Positions 46,572 to 57,046 of a stretch of 64,000 nucleotides of DNA are shown one piece after another. Made by a program: the position numbers and the translations under genes. The notes below the pieces were generated by a model that was not told the DNA's origin, searched no databases, and worked only from the letters and a program-made list of their open reading frames with translations. The DNA comes from Nitrososphaerota archaeon (GTDB taxonomy: Archaea > Thermoproteota > Nitrososphaeria > Nitrososphaerales > Nitrosopumilaceae), in contig JAGWFW010000001.1 in assembly GCA_028867735.1 (NCBI GenBank), positions 9,671 through 73,670 on the forward strand. Direction: 5' to 3'. Position 1 is the first letter of the stretch, and each line of letters begins with the position of its first letter.

Positions 46572-47564
46572 ATGAAGGTAGCCATCTTTAGTCAAGAACA
46601 GGATCACACGGTAAAATCAGTCAAACTTTCGCTTGAAACTCATGGCATCGAATCAATGATTTTGGGCAACAAAACCATCGGGAAGGAGATTGACTGTATA
46701 GTTGTAACCGGCGGAGACCGCGGGGTGCGATCCTATTTTCATCGCTTCATGAATAGCACTGTGCCAGTATTGGGAATCAATGAATTCGAATCAAGCGGCT
46801 ACATGGCACAGACTGATCTCAAAGAATTTCCGACATACCTCAACAGGCTAAAAAAAGGCGATTTTACGATAGAGCCGTTAACTCGGGTCGGGATAAAAAT
46901 AGACGGAAAAAATGTCTATCCTGCATTAAACGACGTTGCTATTTTCTCTTCAAAAAGTGCAACACTGGTCGAACATGTCTTGCGTGTAAATGGCGAAGAA
47001 TTCTGGCATGACAGCAGCGACGGACTTATTGTGTCCACTCCTATAGGATCATCTGCATATTCAATGTCTGCAGGTGGGCCTGCAATCTATCAAGGCTCCA
47101 AGGTGCTCTGCATTGTATCTGTAAACTCCCTTGACATCACAAGACGTCCATTGATAGTGCCAGAAGACAGTTTCATAGAAATAAACGATATTTCTTCTAG
47201 TCTTAGATGCGAGGTTGTAATGGATGGAAAGGACAGATTCAAAGTTGATAAAATGGTAGAGTGCACAAAATTTCCGCAGCCTGCCAATGTCATAAGAATG
47301 AAAAAGGACTCTACGACAATTTCTGCTCTTACCAAAAAGGTAAAGCTTGCAGACGAGTTGCTAAACATGCCTCCAAGCTCCAAATTATTGCTCAAGACAT
47401 TAGAGTATGAAGGCGCGCTCACTCAAAAAGAACTGGCGGCAAAAACATTGCTCCCTGACAGGACGGTAAGGCTTGCACTCAGGCACCTTCTTGACAAGGG
47501 ATACGTGAAAAGAAGAGTGTCGCTTCGGGATACTAGACAGAGAATCTACGAGGTTCCAAAGTGA
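46572..47564 (+). CDS. NAD(+) kinase family protein fused to C-terminal winged HTH
   Basis: GGDRG, ALNDV, DGLIVSTPIGSSAYSMSAGG; C-terminal LTQKELAAKTLLPDRTVRLALRHL. Confidence 0.85.
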   Translation: MKVAIFSQEQDHTVKSVKLSLETHGIESMILGNKTIGKEIDCIVVTGGDRGVRSYFHRFMNSTVPVLGINEFESSGYMAQTDLKEFPTYLNRLKKGDFTIEPLTRVGIKIDGKNVYPALNDVAIFSSKSATLVEHVLRVNGEEFWHDSSDGLIVSTPIGSSAYSMSAGGPAIYQGSKVLCIVSVNSLDITRRPLIVPEDSFIEINDISSSLRCEVVMDGKDRFKVDKMVECTKFPQPANVIRMKKDSTTISALTKKVKLADELLNMPPSSKLLLKTLEYEGALTQKELAAKTLLPDRTVRLALRHLLDKGYVKRRVSLRDTRQRIYEVPK

Positions 47565-49169
47565 TCATGCAGAAGCTGCGCGTATGAAAGCTTCAAAGGA
47601 TTCCTCTGGATATCCTGGCCTGCTGCTAAATTCCGGATGAAACTGTACTCCTAGGTAGAACTTGTGGCTTGGTATTTCGAGAATCTCCATGCGCTTTTTG
47701 TTGTCGCTGTGGCCTGAAAAAGTCAAACCCTTTGCATTGAAAATCTCAAGATATTTCTGGTTAAACTCGTATCTGTGTCTGTGCCTTTTGGATATCGTAT
47801 TTGATTTGTAAATCTTGAATCCGAGGGTATTGCTCTCAACTCTTATCTCGTTTGCTCCCAGTCTGAGCGAGCCACCCTTGTTTTCAATAAATTTCTGCTC
47901 AGGTAGAAGATCAATCACCGGGTTTTCTGTATTGGGATTTATCTCAGTAGAGTTTGCGTTTGTTAATCCGCATACATGGCGACCAAACGCTACCGCTGCC
48001 AGCTGAAATCCAAAACATATCCCAAGATATGGTATGTTTTTTTCTCGGGCAAAGTTTGCCGTTTTGATTATTCCTTCTGCACCGCGTTCGCCAAACCCTC
48101 CGGGAACAATTATTCCATTGTATTGGGAAAGCTTGTCTACACTACCATTCAGCTCTTCGGAATCTATCCAGTCTATCGTTACATTCTTGCCAATCTTGGC
48201 ACCTGCATGTTTGAGTGCGTCATTTACACTGACATAGCTATCAGTTAATTTGACATACTTGCCAACCATTGCAATTCTTATCTGGTCTTTTAAGTTAGCA
48301 AATGAATCAACTATTGTATTCCATCTGTCCCAGTTGGCTGAAGTGTTGACAAGTCCAATCTTTCCAAATTTCTTGAAAATTACATCTATTATTCCTTGAT
48401 CGTATAGCATCTGTGGAACCATGAGTATGGATTTTGAGTCATGGCATGAGAAAACGTCTTTCTCAGAAACATTGGAAAACAGTGAGATCTTTCGTTTCGC
48501 TGATGTTTCAAGAGACCGGCTGCATCTTACCGCCATCAAGTCTGGCTGAATGCCTATCTTTCTCAATTCCTGTACGCTGTGCTGTGTAGGTTTTGTCTTT
48601 TGTTCTCCAACCACGTCAAGAGATGGGGCTAATGTTACATGTATGAAGATCACATTGTTTGTTCCCTCCTCCAGTCTCATCTGCCTTAGCGCCTCTAAGA
48701 ACGGCAGGCTCTCAATGTCTCCTACGGTACCGCCGCATTCTACTACTAACACGTCAAGGTTCTCGGTTCTTGCAATACTTCGTATTCTGTCTTTGATGGC
48801 GTCTGTCACGTGGGGTATTATCTGGACACATGCTCCGAGATACTCGCCTCGCCTTTCGGCTTCTATCACGCTTGAGTAGATCTGGGCCGTGGTGATGTTG
48901 TGGGTTCTTGATACGCTTTGATTTAGGAATCGTTCATAGTTGCCAATGTCCATGTCGCATTCTCCGCCGTCGTCTGTGACAAACACTTCGCCGTGGGCAG
49001 TTGGGTTCATGGTACCTGCATCATAATTTAGGTACGGGTCGATCTTGACACAAGAAACTTTTTGGTTCGAGAGTTGAAGCAGTTTTGCCACGGATGATGA
49101 TACGACTCCTTTGCCAAGCCCTGACATGACTCCCCCTGTCACAAAAATGTACTTTGTCTCTGTCTGCAT
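47565..49169 (-). CDS. pyrG: CTP synthase
   Basis: [36 protein letters not shown]. Confidence 0.97.
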   Translation of the reverse strand: MQTETKYIFVTGGVMSGLGKGVVSSSVAKLLQLSNQKVSCVKIDPYLNYDAGTMNPTAHGEVFVTDDGGECDMDIGNYERFLNQSVSRTHNITTAQIYSSVIEAERRGEYLGACVQIIPHVTDAIKDRIRSIARTENLDVLVVECGGTVGDIESLPFLEALRQMRLEEGTNNVIFIHVTLAPSLDVVGEQKTKPTQHSVQELRKIGIQPDLMAVRCSRSLETSAKRKISLFSNVSEKDVFSCHDSKSILMVPQMLYDQGIIDVIFKKFGKIGLVNTSANWDRWNTIVDSFANLKDQIRIAMVGKYVKLTDSYVSVNDALKHAGAKIGKNVTIDWIDSEELNGSVDKLSQYNGIIVPGGFGERGAEGIIKTANFAREKNIPYLGICFGFQLAAVAFGRHVCGLTNANSTEINPNTENPVIDLLPEQKFIENKGGSLRLGANEIRVESNTLGFKIYKSNTISKRHRHRYEFNQKYLEIFNAKGLTFSGHSDNKKRMEILEIPSHKFYLGVQFHPEFSSRPGYPEESFEAFIRAASA

Positions 49170-49200
49170 ATCTATGATGGATTGATGGTATTTTTATTTC

Positions 49201-50010
49201 TTATTCTGAGATTGTTGTTTTCTTTAGACTTTTGGCAAATGAAACGATCTTGCCTTGGATCTTTGCCTTGGATGTCTTGTCTATCAACCTCAAAAATGCA
49301 CTTGCTACAATTATGGCATCTGCACCTGTGTGCAAAATGGATCTTGCCTGATCTGCATTATTGACTCCAAAACCAACTCCTAGAGGCATCTTTTCTCCTA
49401 GGATCTTCTTTGCATTTTTTATGGCATCATGTGTGTACTGTTGAAACTTTTGCTGGGTTCCGCCTGTTGTTCCATACACGGAGACTAGGTACACAAAACC
49501 AGATGATGCCTTTGCGATTCTTCTTATCCTCTCATTGGAAGTGTTTGGGGATATGAGGAAAATTGCATCCATGTTATTTTTATGTATGACATCAAGATAC
49601 TGGTCTGCCTCCTCAATTGCCATGTCCGGAAGTATTATCCCGTCTATTCCGGCCTTTTTCACCGTGGAGATGAACTTGTCATATCCTCTGTTGTACAAAA
49701 GATTGGCATACGTCATCAAGACCAAGGGAATATCTGTCTCGCTTCGAATCTTCTTTACTATGTTCAGAAATCTTTCTGGATTCATTCCTTTTTGTAATGC
49801 GCGGAAACTTGCACTCTGTATGACTGGGCCGTCTGCCAACGGGTCTGAAAAGGGCAAGCCTATCTCAATAATGTCTGCTCCTCCCTTGACTAGGCTTCGT
49901 ACTATGCTTACTGTCCCTTTGTCGCTGGGATATCCAGCCATTGCATAGGCTATGAGCGCCCTTTCATTCCTGGATTTTAACTCTGAAAATTTATCTTGAA
50001 TTCTTGACAT
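49201..50010 (-). CDS. trpA: Tryptophan synthase alpha chain
   Basis: [28 protein letters not shown]. Confidence 0.96.
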   Translation of the reverse strand: MSRIQDKFSELKSRNERALIAYAMAGYPSDKGTVSIVRSLVKGGADIIEIGLPFSDPLADGPVIQSASFRALQKGMNPERFLNIVKKIRSETDIPLVLMTYANLLYNRGYDKFISTVKKAGIDGIILPDMAIEEADQYLDVIHKNNMDAIFLISPNTSNERIRRIAKASSGFVYLVSVYGTTGGTQQKFQQYTHDAIKNAKKILGEKMPLGVGFGVNNADQARSILHTGADAIIVASAFLRLIDKTSKAKIQGKIVSFAKSLKKTTISE

Positions 50011-51193
50011 TTTCGCTCATGTATTTTTCTACCATTTCAACATCCTTGTCGCCTCGTCCTGATAGTGTAACAACAACAGTCTCGCTTTTTGACATTTTTT
50101 TTGCTAGCTTTATGGCATATGCTACGGCATGTGACGATTCTAGGGCCGGTATGATTCCTTCATGTCTTGAAAGCTCCAGAAAAGCATGAACTGCGTCACC
50201 ATCACTTACAGTGTCATACTTTACTCTTTTAGAGTCCTTAAAGTATGAGTGTTCAGGTCCCACCCCGGGATAGTCAAGTCCAGCTGCTATACTGTGTGTG
50301 TCCTTTATCTGTCCGTATTTGTCTTGCAGCAGATAAGTCAGCATGCCGTGAAGAATTCCCTTTGATCCTGATGATAATGTGGCAGAATGACGCTCTGTCT
50401 TGATTCCCTCCCCGCCAGCCTCTACACCAAACATGGTTGTATCCCCTTCAACTAGGGGATAAAATGTTCCAATCGCATTTGATCCGCCGCCTACGCAAGC
50501 TACAACCGAGTCAGGAGATTTGTTCTTCAACTCTTTCATTTGTGATAAAATTTCGTTTCCTATTACTGATTGAAAGTCTCTAACCATTACCGGATATGGA
50601 TGCGGACCTACGGCAGATCCTAAAAGGTAATATGTCGCATTTACATTTGTTATCCAATCTCGGATTGCCTCATTTATTGCATCCTTGAGTGTCTGCGTTC
50701 CTTCTTTTACCTGATGCACTTTAGATCCGAGAAGCTTCATTCTAAAAACATTCAAGCTCTGTCTCTGTGTGTCTTTGTATCCCATGTATACTTCGGACTG
50801 CAATCCAAGAGCCGCGCATGCCATGGCAGTCGCTACTCCATGCTGTCCAGCGCCTGTTTCCGCAATGATTCTTTTTTTCTTCATTCTCTTTGCAAGTAGT
50901 CCCTGTCCTAGGGTGTTGTTGATCTTGTGGGCTCCGCCATGCAACAGATCCTCTCGTTTTAGGTATATCTTGGCACCTCCAACAGATTCAGTGAGGTTTT
51001 TGGCAAAGTAAAGCGGAGTGGGCCTTCCTGCATATTCTCTCAAGTAATAGTCTAATTCCTGTTTGAACTCCTTGTCGTCTTTGAACCTCAGGTATGCCTC
51101 TTCAAGTTCCTCGACTGCAGGTACAAGGGTCTCAGGTATGAATCGACCACCGAATTCTCCAAACTTGCCATCCTTTGGGTATCCTAATTTCAT
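49991..51193 (-). CDS. trpB: Tryptophan synthase beta chain (TrpB1 type)
   Basis: [45 protein letters not shown]. Confidence 0.97.
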   Translation of the reverse strand: MKLGYPKDGKFGEFGGRFIPETLVPAVEELEEAYLRFKDDKEFKQELDYYLREYAGRPTPLYFAKNLTESVGGAKIYLKREDLLHGGAHKINNTLGQGLLAKRMKKKRIIAETGAGQHGVATAMACAALGLQSEVYMGYKDTQRQSLNVFRMKLLGSKVHQVKEGTQTLKDAINEAIRDWITNVNATYYLLGSAVGPHPYPVMVRDFQSVIGNEILSQMKELKNKSPDSVVACVGGGSNAIGTFYPLVEGDTTMFGVEAGGEGIKTERHSATLSSGSKGILHGMLTYLLQDKYGQIKDTHSIAAGLDYPGVGPEHSYFKDSKRVKYDTVSDGDAVHAFLELSRHEGIIPALESSHAVAYAIKLAKKMSKSETVVVTLSGRGDKDVEMVEKYMSENVKNSR

Positions 51194-51966
51194 ATTGCTG
51201 ACACCAAACTTGAAACTAATCCCTTGATATCTTTACTCTTCATGATGCTGCTGCCGACAAGAAAGGCATTGGCTCCGCACTGGCTCAAAAATTTAATGTT
51301 TTCAGGTGTCTCTATGCCGCTTTCAGAGACTAGTATTCTGTCATCTTTCTTATAACCGTCAAGAATTGACTGGGTTGTCTTTAGATCTATCTCAAGAGTG
51401 TCAAGGTTGCGGTTATTTATCCCAATCAAATCTGCCTGTGTCTTGACTGAATCTTGGAATTCTTTTTTTGTGTGCGATTCTATTAGAACGAGAAGATTCT
51501 TCCTGTGTGCATAGCTGATAAACTCATCAATCTCCCTTGCAAAATTCTTATCAAAAATTGACTGGATTAAAAGGACAATGTCGGCACCAAGTCTTTCTGC
51601 CGCTTCTATCTGTACCTTGTCTATGACAATATCCTTCATTAACATGGGAATTCTGACCTGACTCCTAATCTCTGTAAAATACTCGGGAGAACCGTTGAAG
51701 AGATAAGGCTGTGTTAGCACTGAAAGTCCAATAGAACCTCCATCTATCATTGATTTTGCAATTGAAACTGGATCGGAAATCTGGCGTATGTCTCCAAGAG
51801 AGGGGGAGGAAAACTTTACCTCTGTAATGAGTGACGCATGTGGGTTTTTCCTGATTTCATTTATGATGTTTCTGTCCGATTTTTCCAGCCGGTTCTCTAT
51901 CTCGTATGCTCCTTCATTGATTGCTTTCCGGGAATTTTCTGCAAGTTTTTCTAGCATGTTCTTCAA
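51190..51966 (-). CDS. trpC: Indole-3-glycerol phosphate synthase
   Basis: [25 protein letters not shown]. Confidence 0.95.
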   Translation of the reverse strand: MKNMLEKLAENSRKAINEGAYEIENRLEKSDRNIINEIRKNPHASLITEVKFSSPSLGDIRQISDPVSIAKSMIDGGSIGLSVLTQPYLFNGSPEYFTEIRSQVRIPMLMKDIVIDKVQIEAAERLGADIVLLIQSIFDKNFAREIDEFISYAHRKNLLVLIESHTKKEFQDSVKTQADLIGINNRNLDTLEIDLKTTQSILDGYKKDDRILVSESGIETPENIKFLSQCGANAFLVGSSIMKSKDIKGLVSSLVSAI

Positions 51967-53006
51967 TTGTTGCGCATCTCCTCAATTTTACTAATGTCTC
52001 CGCAGTGTTTGATAAAATTTCTAAAAAGTTCAAATGATTTTCCACTGTGAATTGTATCAAATGCAATATCTAGCGCTTCATCAAATCTTTCCGCGATGCC
52101 TCCGACGACAAGACCTGCCGCTGCATTCAATGCAGTGACATCAATCATGGGTTTTTTTCCGGTGTTATTTAGGACTGTGACAAATGATCTGATCGCTTCG
52201 TCTTTGGTTGATATTTGGATGTCCTTGAGATTGGCTCTTGCCAATCCTAGTTCTGCAGGGTCTAAAATGAAATTGTAAATTTTTCCATCTTTCAAGTGAC
52301 ACACATGGTTCTTTGCTGTAGTTGACAGCTCGTCTAGTCCGTCCTCCGAGATTACAGTCATTATGTTTTCGGCTCCGCGTGATTGTAGAAGCGTTGCGAC
52401 ACGCTGCAAATATGGTGGAGAAAATACGCCTACCAGTTGGTTCTTGACCTGTGCCGGACTGCTCAATGGTCCAAGCAAGTTAAATGCAGTTCTTATTCCA
52501 AGCAACCTTCGAGCCTCGGCTACATTTTTCATGGCAGGATGAAATTTCTGGGCAAACATGAAGCCGATGTGGAACCTTTCAATTATTTCTCTAATCCTGT
52601 CTGGCTCCATGTTGAGGTCATAGCCGAAATATTCAAAGATGTCGGCGCTTCCGTTTATGCCTGAAGTTGATCTGTTGCCATGCTTTGCCACGGTTCCTCC
52701 GCTTGCTGCAATGACAAATGCCGAAGCTGTTGAGATGTTAAACGTGCGCATCTTGTCTCCTCCAGTTCCGCAAACATCGATTATTTTTCCACTGCATTTT
52801 GGTGCAATCCGAATAGAGTGTGCCTGCATGGAGTCAAGCATTGCCAAGAGCTCACCATCTGTTTCTCCTTTTACTGTGAGATTCCTGAGAAACTCTGTCG
52901 TCTCTTCAATTGAGCTCTTACCGTCTAGTATCTCGCTCATGCTTTTATTCATCTCATCATAGCTCAAATCTTTGTTATGGGAAAGCTTTGTTAATGCCTC
53001 AATCAT
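51963..53006 (-). CDS. trpD: Anthranilate phosphoribosyltransferase
   Basis: DVCGTGGD, FNIST, KHGNRS, GLDE. Confidence 0.96.
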   Translation of the reverse strand: MIEALTKLSHNKDLSYDEMNKSMSEILDGKSSIEETTEFLRNLTVKGETDGELLAMLDSMQAHSIRIAPKCSGKIIDVCGTGGDKMRTFNISTASAFVIAASGGTVAKHGNRSTSGINGSADIFEYFGYDLNMEPDRIREIIERFHIGFMFAQKFHPAMKNVAEARRLLGIRTAFNLLGPLSSPAQVKNQLVGVFSPPYLQRVATLLQSRGAENIMTVISEDGLDELSTTAKNHVCHLKDGKIYNFILDPAELGLARANLKDIQISTKDEAIRSFVTVLNNTGKKPMIDVTALNAAAGLVVGGIAERFDEALDIAFDTIHSGKSFELFRNFIKHCGDISKIEEMRNN

Positions 53007-53589
53007 TTTTAATCAACTTTATGAAATTGCCAAGAATTTTCTTGCCCTCTTCTGTCATGATTGACTCTGGATGGAATTGGACCCCTTCTATGAGATATTT
53101 TTTGTGGCTTACTGCCATTATCTCCTTGTCATCTTGTGCCACCGCAGTGATTTCTAACTCGTCTGGAATTATTGTCTTATCTCCGACAAGCGAATGATAT
53201 CTTGTTGCTCTAAATGGATTTTGTACTCCATCAAATAGCGGTGACTTGTAGTGCTCAACCGGGCTTGTTTTTCCGTGTCTGACATTTCCTGCATTTACAA
53301 CTCTACCTCCAAATGCATGTATTATCCCCTGATGTCCCAAGCATACGCCTAGTATTGGTTTTGTAGGCCCTATCTCTTTTATCACCTTGGTACAAATTCC
53401 AAAATATTTCTCATCCTCAGGGGTTCCAGGTCCTGGTGAGATTATTATCGCGTCATAATTTTTCTTTTTGATCTCATCCAGAGTTATCCTGTCATTTCTG
53501 ATTACATCCGAGTCCACCCCGAGCTCACCTAGTATCTGTGCAATGTTATACACAAAGGAATCATAATTGTCGATAATGAGAAATTTCAT
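52999..53589 (-). CDS. trpG: Anthranilate synthase component II
   Basis: IIDNYDSF, SPGPG, GVCLGHQ, QFHPES; ATG at 53589. Confidence 0.95.
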   Translation of the reverse strand: MKFLIIDNYDSFVYNIAQILGELGVDSDVIRNDRITLDEIKKKNYDAIIISPGPGTPEDEKYFGICTKVIKEIGPTKPILGVCLGHQGIIHAFGGRVVNAGNVRHGKTSPVEHYKSPLFDGVQNPFRATRYHSLVGDKTIIPDELEITAVAQDDKEIMAVSHKKYLIEGVQFHPESIMTEEGKKILGNFIKLIKND

Positions 53590-54944
53590 TTGGCGGCCTC
53601 CTTTAGTGCTGTTATCATTGCGTTTGCCTTGTGCAGGGTCTCCATCCATTCGTTTTCCGCTATGGAATCTGAAACAATCCCAGCTCCTGTCTGAATAAAT
53701 CCGCTGGTCCCGTCCATGAAGATGGTTCTAATGGTAATAGCAAAATCACAGCATCCATTAAAAGAAAAATATCCAACAGCTCCTGCATAAGGGCCTCTTG
53801 CATCTGGTTCCAATTCGTCTATTATTTCCATAGCACGGATCTTGGGTGCGCCTGAGACGGTACCTGCAGGAAAGACTGCCTTTATGGCGTCAAACACATC
53901 GTATTTTTTGTCAAGTGTGCCCATGACATGGGTGACCATGTGCTGCACATGGCTGAATCTCTTCACCGACATCAATTCCTTTACATGTACGGAGCCATAT
54001 TTGCAAACTCGGCCTATGTCATTGCGACCCAAATCTACTAGCATGGTATGCTCTGCTAATTCTTTTTCATCATGAAGCATTTCGTTCTTTAGACTCTCGT
54101 TTTTCTTTTCGTCGTTTGTAATGGGGCGTGTCCCGGCTATTGGAAAAGTTTCAACAGTGTTTCCCGTTATGCGTAACAGCATCTCTGGACTAGAGCCTAT
54201 CATGGTTCTTCCGCCTAATTTCATGTGATAAAGATATGGTGATGGGTTGATCTGTCTCAGTGCCTTATACACCTTGAGGAAATCGCCGCTTGCATTGAAA
54301 TTGAATTTTCTTGAAAGTACCACTTGAAAGATATCTCCGTCAAGTATGTACTGTTTTGCCTTGCTTACAATCTCATCAAAATATGTCTTGTCTAGGTTTT
54401 CTTTAATCTCCGATACTGAAAATGTGCCAAAATGCGCATCTTCATTGGAAAACCTCTGCAGCTTGTTTGCATCATAGTAAAAATAAAATATTTTTTTCTC
54501 CTTGTTATCATAGAGTATTCCGTCATTGTATACACCAAATTCCATCAAAGGCGACTTATTTTCACTATGTGATTCTGGAATCTTTTCCCACAGTCTGATG
54601 GCATCATAATTGATGGCACCTACGGCACCGCCCACATATCGATATTTTTGGTCGGGAACCTGATGCTGTATGAATTTCTTGATCTCTGATAACGGATCTT
54701 GTGTCTTGATGGTGGTTGTTGTACCATTCTTGTAATGGAGCGTTACTTTGTCTGAGAACCCCTTTATCACTACGACGGGGTCAAATCCCATGATCGAGGT
54801 TTCTGCAAGCTCTTCTGGTCCGGTTAGCGATTCAAAGAGGAAGGAATAGTCAAAATGCCTTGAGATCTTGTTATACAAGTCAAATTGGGAGCCAGAATAA
54901 TCTAGGGGTATTACTTTAAGATTTGAATGCCCAAATGTGGCCAC
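53586..54944 (-). CDS. trpE: Anthranilate synthase component I
   Basis: FLFES, FQVVLS, PIAGT, EHTMLVDLGRND, GTVSGAPK. Confidence 0.95.
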   Translation of the reverse strand: MATFGHSNLKVIPLDYSGSQFDLYNKISRHFDYSFLFESLTGPEELAETSIMGFDPVVVIKGFSDKVTLHYKNGTTTTIKTQDPLSEIKKFIQHQVPDQKYRYVGGAVGAINYDAIRLWEKIPESHSENKSPLMEFGVYNDGILYDNKEKKIFYFYYDANKLQRFSNEDAHFGTFSVSEIKENLDKTYFDEIVSKAKQYILDGDIFQVVLSRKFNFNASGDFLKVYKALRQINPSPYLYHMKLGGRTMIGSSPEMLLRITGNTVETFPIAGTRPITNDEKKNESLKNEMLHDEKELAEHTMLVDLGRNDIGRVCKYGSVHVKELMSVKRFSHVQHMVTHVMGTLDKKYDVFDAIKAVFPAGTVSGAPKIRAMEIIDELEPDARGPYAGAVGYFSFNGCCDFAITIRTIFMDGTSGFIQTGAGIVSDSIAENEWMETLHKANAMITALKEAAK

Positions 54945-55053
54945 CCATGGCAGAACTCCTTTTTGACCATATTTAAAATTAAGTCATCTTCACGAGGTAA
55001 AAATTACCGTATGGTACGGTACCTTTATATGCGATGCTGATGATCTGTACACC

Positions 55054-55272
55054 ATGTCTCAGATACTGCTTCCGCGAATGGATAGGAGCAATGTCTTGCT
55101 CTTCCAAGACCTGTATTTTTCCAAGAAAAAAACTCAGGTAAAATCTACAGTAAAAGAGGCAGCGTGTGTCATATGTGATAAGAGCCTTGATGAGGGAATT
55201 TCTGTCACTGCAAAGAAAATGGGGCAGAAAATGAGGTTTTTCTGCCAATATCACCTTCCAAATGACTATTGA
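55054..55272 (+). CDS. Small zinc-finger protein
   Basis: CVIC...FCQYH; TTTATAT box ~30 nt upstream. Confidence 0.7.
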   Translation: MSQILLPRMDRSNVLLFQDLYFSKKKTQVKSTVKEAACVICDKSLDEGISVTAKKMGQKMRFFCQYHLPNDY

Positions 55273-55288
55273 AGGTGTCTTTGAATTT

Positions 55289-56965
55289 CTACCACTTGGG
55301 TCTAGTTATTGCGCCTTCTGATGCCGAAGTAACAAGTGACGCAAATTTTGCCAGTGCGCCGTTCTCATAATTGGGCTTTCTTGGCCTCCATTGTTTTCGA
55401 CGTTCTGCAATCTCATCCTCGGATATCATTATGTCAATGCTATTTTTTGCAATGTTGATTCTTATTTCATCTCCGTCTTTTACTAGTGCAATGTTTCCGC
55501 CCACTGCTGCTTCTGGAGACGCATGACCTATCATCAATCCTCTTGTGGCTCCTGAAAACCTACCGTCTGTCACCAGCGCCACCTTTTCTCCTAATTTTTG
55601 TCCAACCAAAGCGGCTGTTACTCCTAGCATCTCTCTCATACCGGGGCCGCCCTTTGGTCCTTCGTATCTTATTATGACTACGTCGTGTTCCTTTATCTCG
55701 CGTCGTGATATTGCGTCAAACGCATCTTCTTCTCTGTCGAACACTTTGGCTTTGCCTACAAACTCTGTAGTGTGCATTCCGGCGACTTTGACTACGGCGC
55801 CGTCTGGGGCAAGGGAGCCTCGCAGTATTGTCAGAGTTCCTACATCGTGAATCGGAGATTCGATAGGTTTGAGAACTTTTTGATTTTCGCTAAATGATAG
55901 TTGTATTGAATCCAAGTTCTGTTTCATGGTTTTGCCTGTGACAGTCAACGTATTTTCATTTAAGAGATTTTTCTTCTGCAAACTCTTCATCACCAATGGA
56001 ACTCCACCCACCTTGTCTAGATCTAGCATGACATAGAATCCTCCCGGTCTCATGTCTGCAATATGAGGCGTTCGTTTTCTTACTTTCTCAAAATCCTCAA
56101 GGGTAAGGTTTACGCCAATCTCTCTGGATAAAGCCAGTAAATGCAATACCGCATTTGTTGAACCTCCTATGGCATTTGCAATAGTTATAGCGTTTTCAAA
56201 TGCTTCATACGTAAGAATGTCTTTTGGTCTTATTCCAACCTCAAGTAAATTCATTACAGCTTTACCGCTATTGTAAACGAATTTTTCTCTACGTGGATCC
56301 TCCGCAGGCGGAGACGCACTTCCCGGCAGTGCGAGCCCTATGGCCTCGCTGATTGATGCCATGGTGTTTGCAGTATACATTCCTCCACAAGAGCCCGCAT
56401 TGGGACAAGCTACATTTTCTAAATTTTTGAGTGCCTCAAGGGTCAGTTGACCTGCATCGTATGATCCCACTGCTTCGTATATGTCTTGGATTGTGACTTG
56501 TTTTCCCTCATAAATTCCAGGCATTATGGTTCCGCCATACACAAAGACTGAAGGAATATTCAGACGCGCCATTGCCATCATGGATCCTGGAAGACTTTTG
56601 TCGCATCCTGCTATGCCGACAAGACCGTCATATTGATGAGCCCTTACCATTAACTCGATAGAATCTGCTATGATCTCTCTGCTAACAAGTGATGACTTCA
56701 TGCCTTCATGGCCCATTGCTATGCCGTCACTTACTGCAATTGTGGAAAACTCTCTTGGAGTGCCTCCTGATTCTTGAACTCCTGCCTTTGCGTGTACAGA
56801 CAACCTGCCAAGATGGATGTTGCATGGAGTTGCCTCGTTGCCTGTATGTGATACTCCAATGAATGGTTTACCCAGATCAATGTCTGATAATCCCATAGCC
56901 TTGTACATTGCTCTGTGAGGTGCTCTGGAAGGCCCTTCAACCACGTTTCTGCTTGATATTTCCAT
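55289..56965 (-). CDS. ilvD: Dihydroxy-acid dehydratase
   Basis: [44 protein letters not shown]. Confidence 0.97.
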   Translation of the reverse strand: MEISSRNVVEGPSRAPHRAMYKAMGLSDIDLGKPFIGVSHTGNEATPCNIHLGRLSVHAKAGVQESGGTPREFSTIAVSDGIAMGHEGMKSSLVSREIIADSIELMVRAHQYDGLVGIAGCDKSLPGSMMAMARLNIPSVFVYGGTIMPGIYEGKQVTIQDIYEAVGSYDAGQLTLEALKNLENVACPNAGSCGGMYTANTMASISEAIGLALPGSASPPAEDPRREKFVYNSGKAVMNLLEVGIRPKDILTYEAFENAITIANAIGGSTNAVLHLLALSREIGVNLTLEDFEKVRKRTPHIADMRPGGFYVMLDLDKVGGVPLVMKSLQKKNLLNENTLTVTGKTMKQNLDSIQLSFSENQKVLKPIESPIHDVGTLTILRGSLAPDGAVVKVAGMHTTEFVGKAKVFDREEDAFDAISRREIKEHDVVIIRYEGPKGGPGMREMLGVTAALVGQKLGEKVALVTDGRFSGATRGLMIGHASPEAAVGGNIALVKDGDEIRINIAKNSIDIMISEDEIAERRKQWRPRKPNYENGALAKFASLVTSASEGAITRPKW

Positions 56966-57046
56966 TAGATAACAAGAAAACTAGATTGCAGTATAATTTT
57001 AGCCTTCTTGAGAACTAGCATATTCTAATTTCTGGAGGTGGTCTTT

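Noticed and set aside
54916-54948. Short out-of-frame ORF MGGHIWAFKS* overlapping the trpE start, considered as a trp leader peptide
   Set aside because: Only one Trp codon, it lies inside trpE rather than upstream, and there is no leader structure; compatible with chance.
56966-57046. Search for a BCAA leader peptide upstream of ilvD
   Set aside because: A TATA-like element lies ~27-30 nt from the ATG, implying a leaderless transcript; no uORF found.
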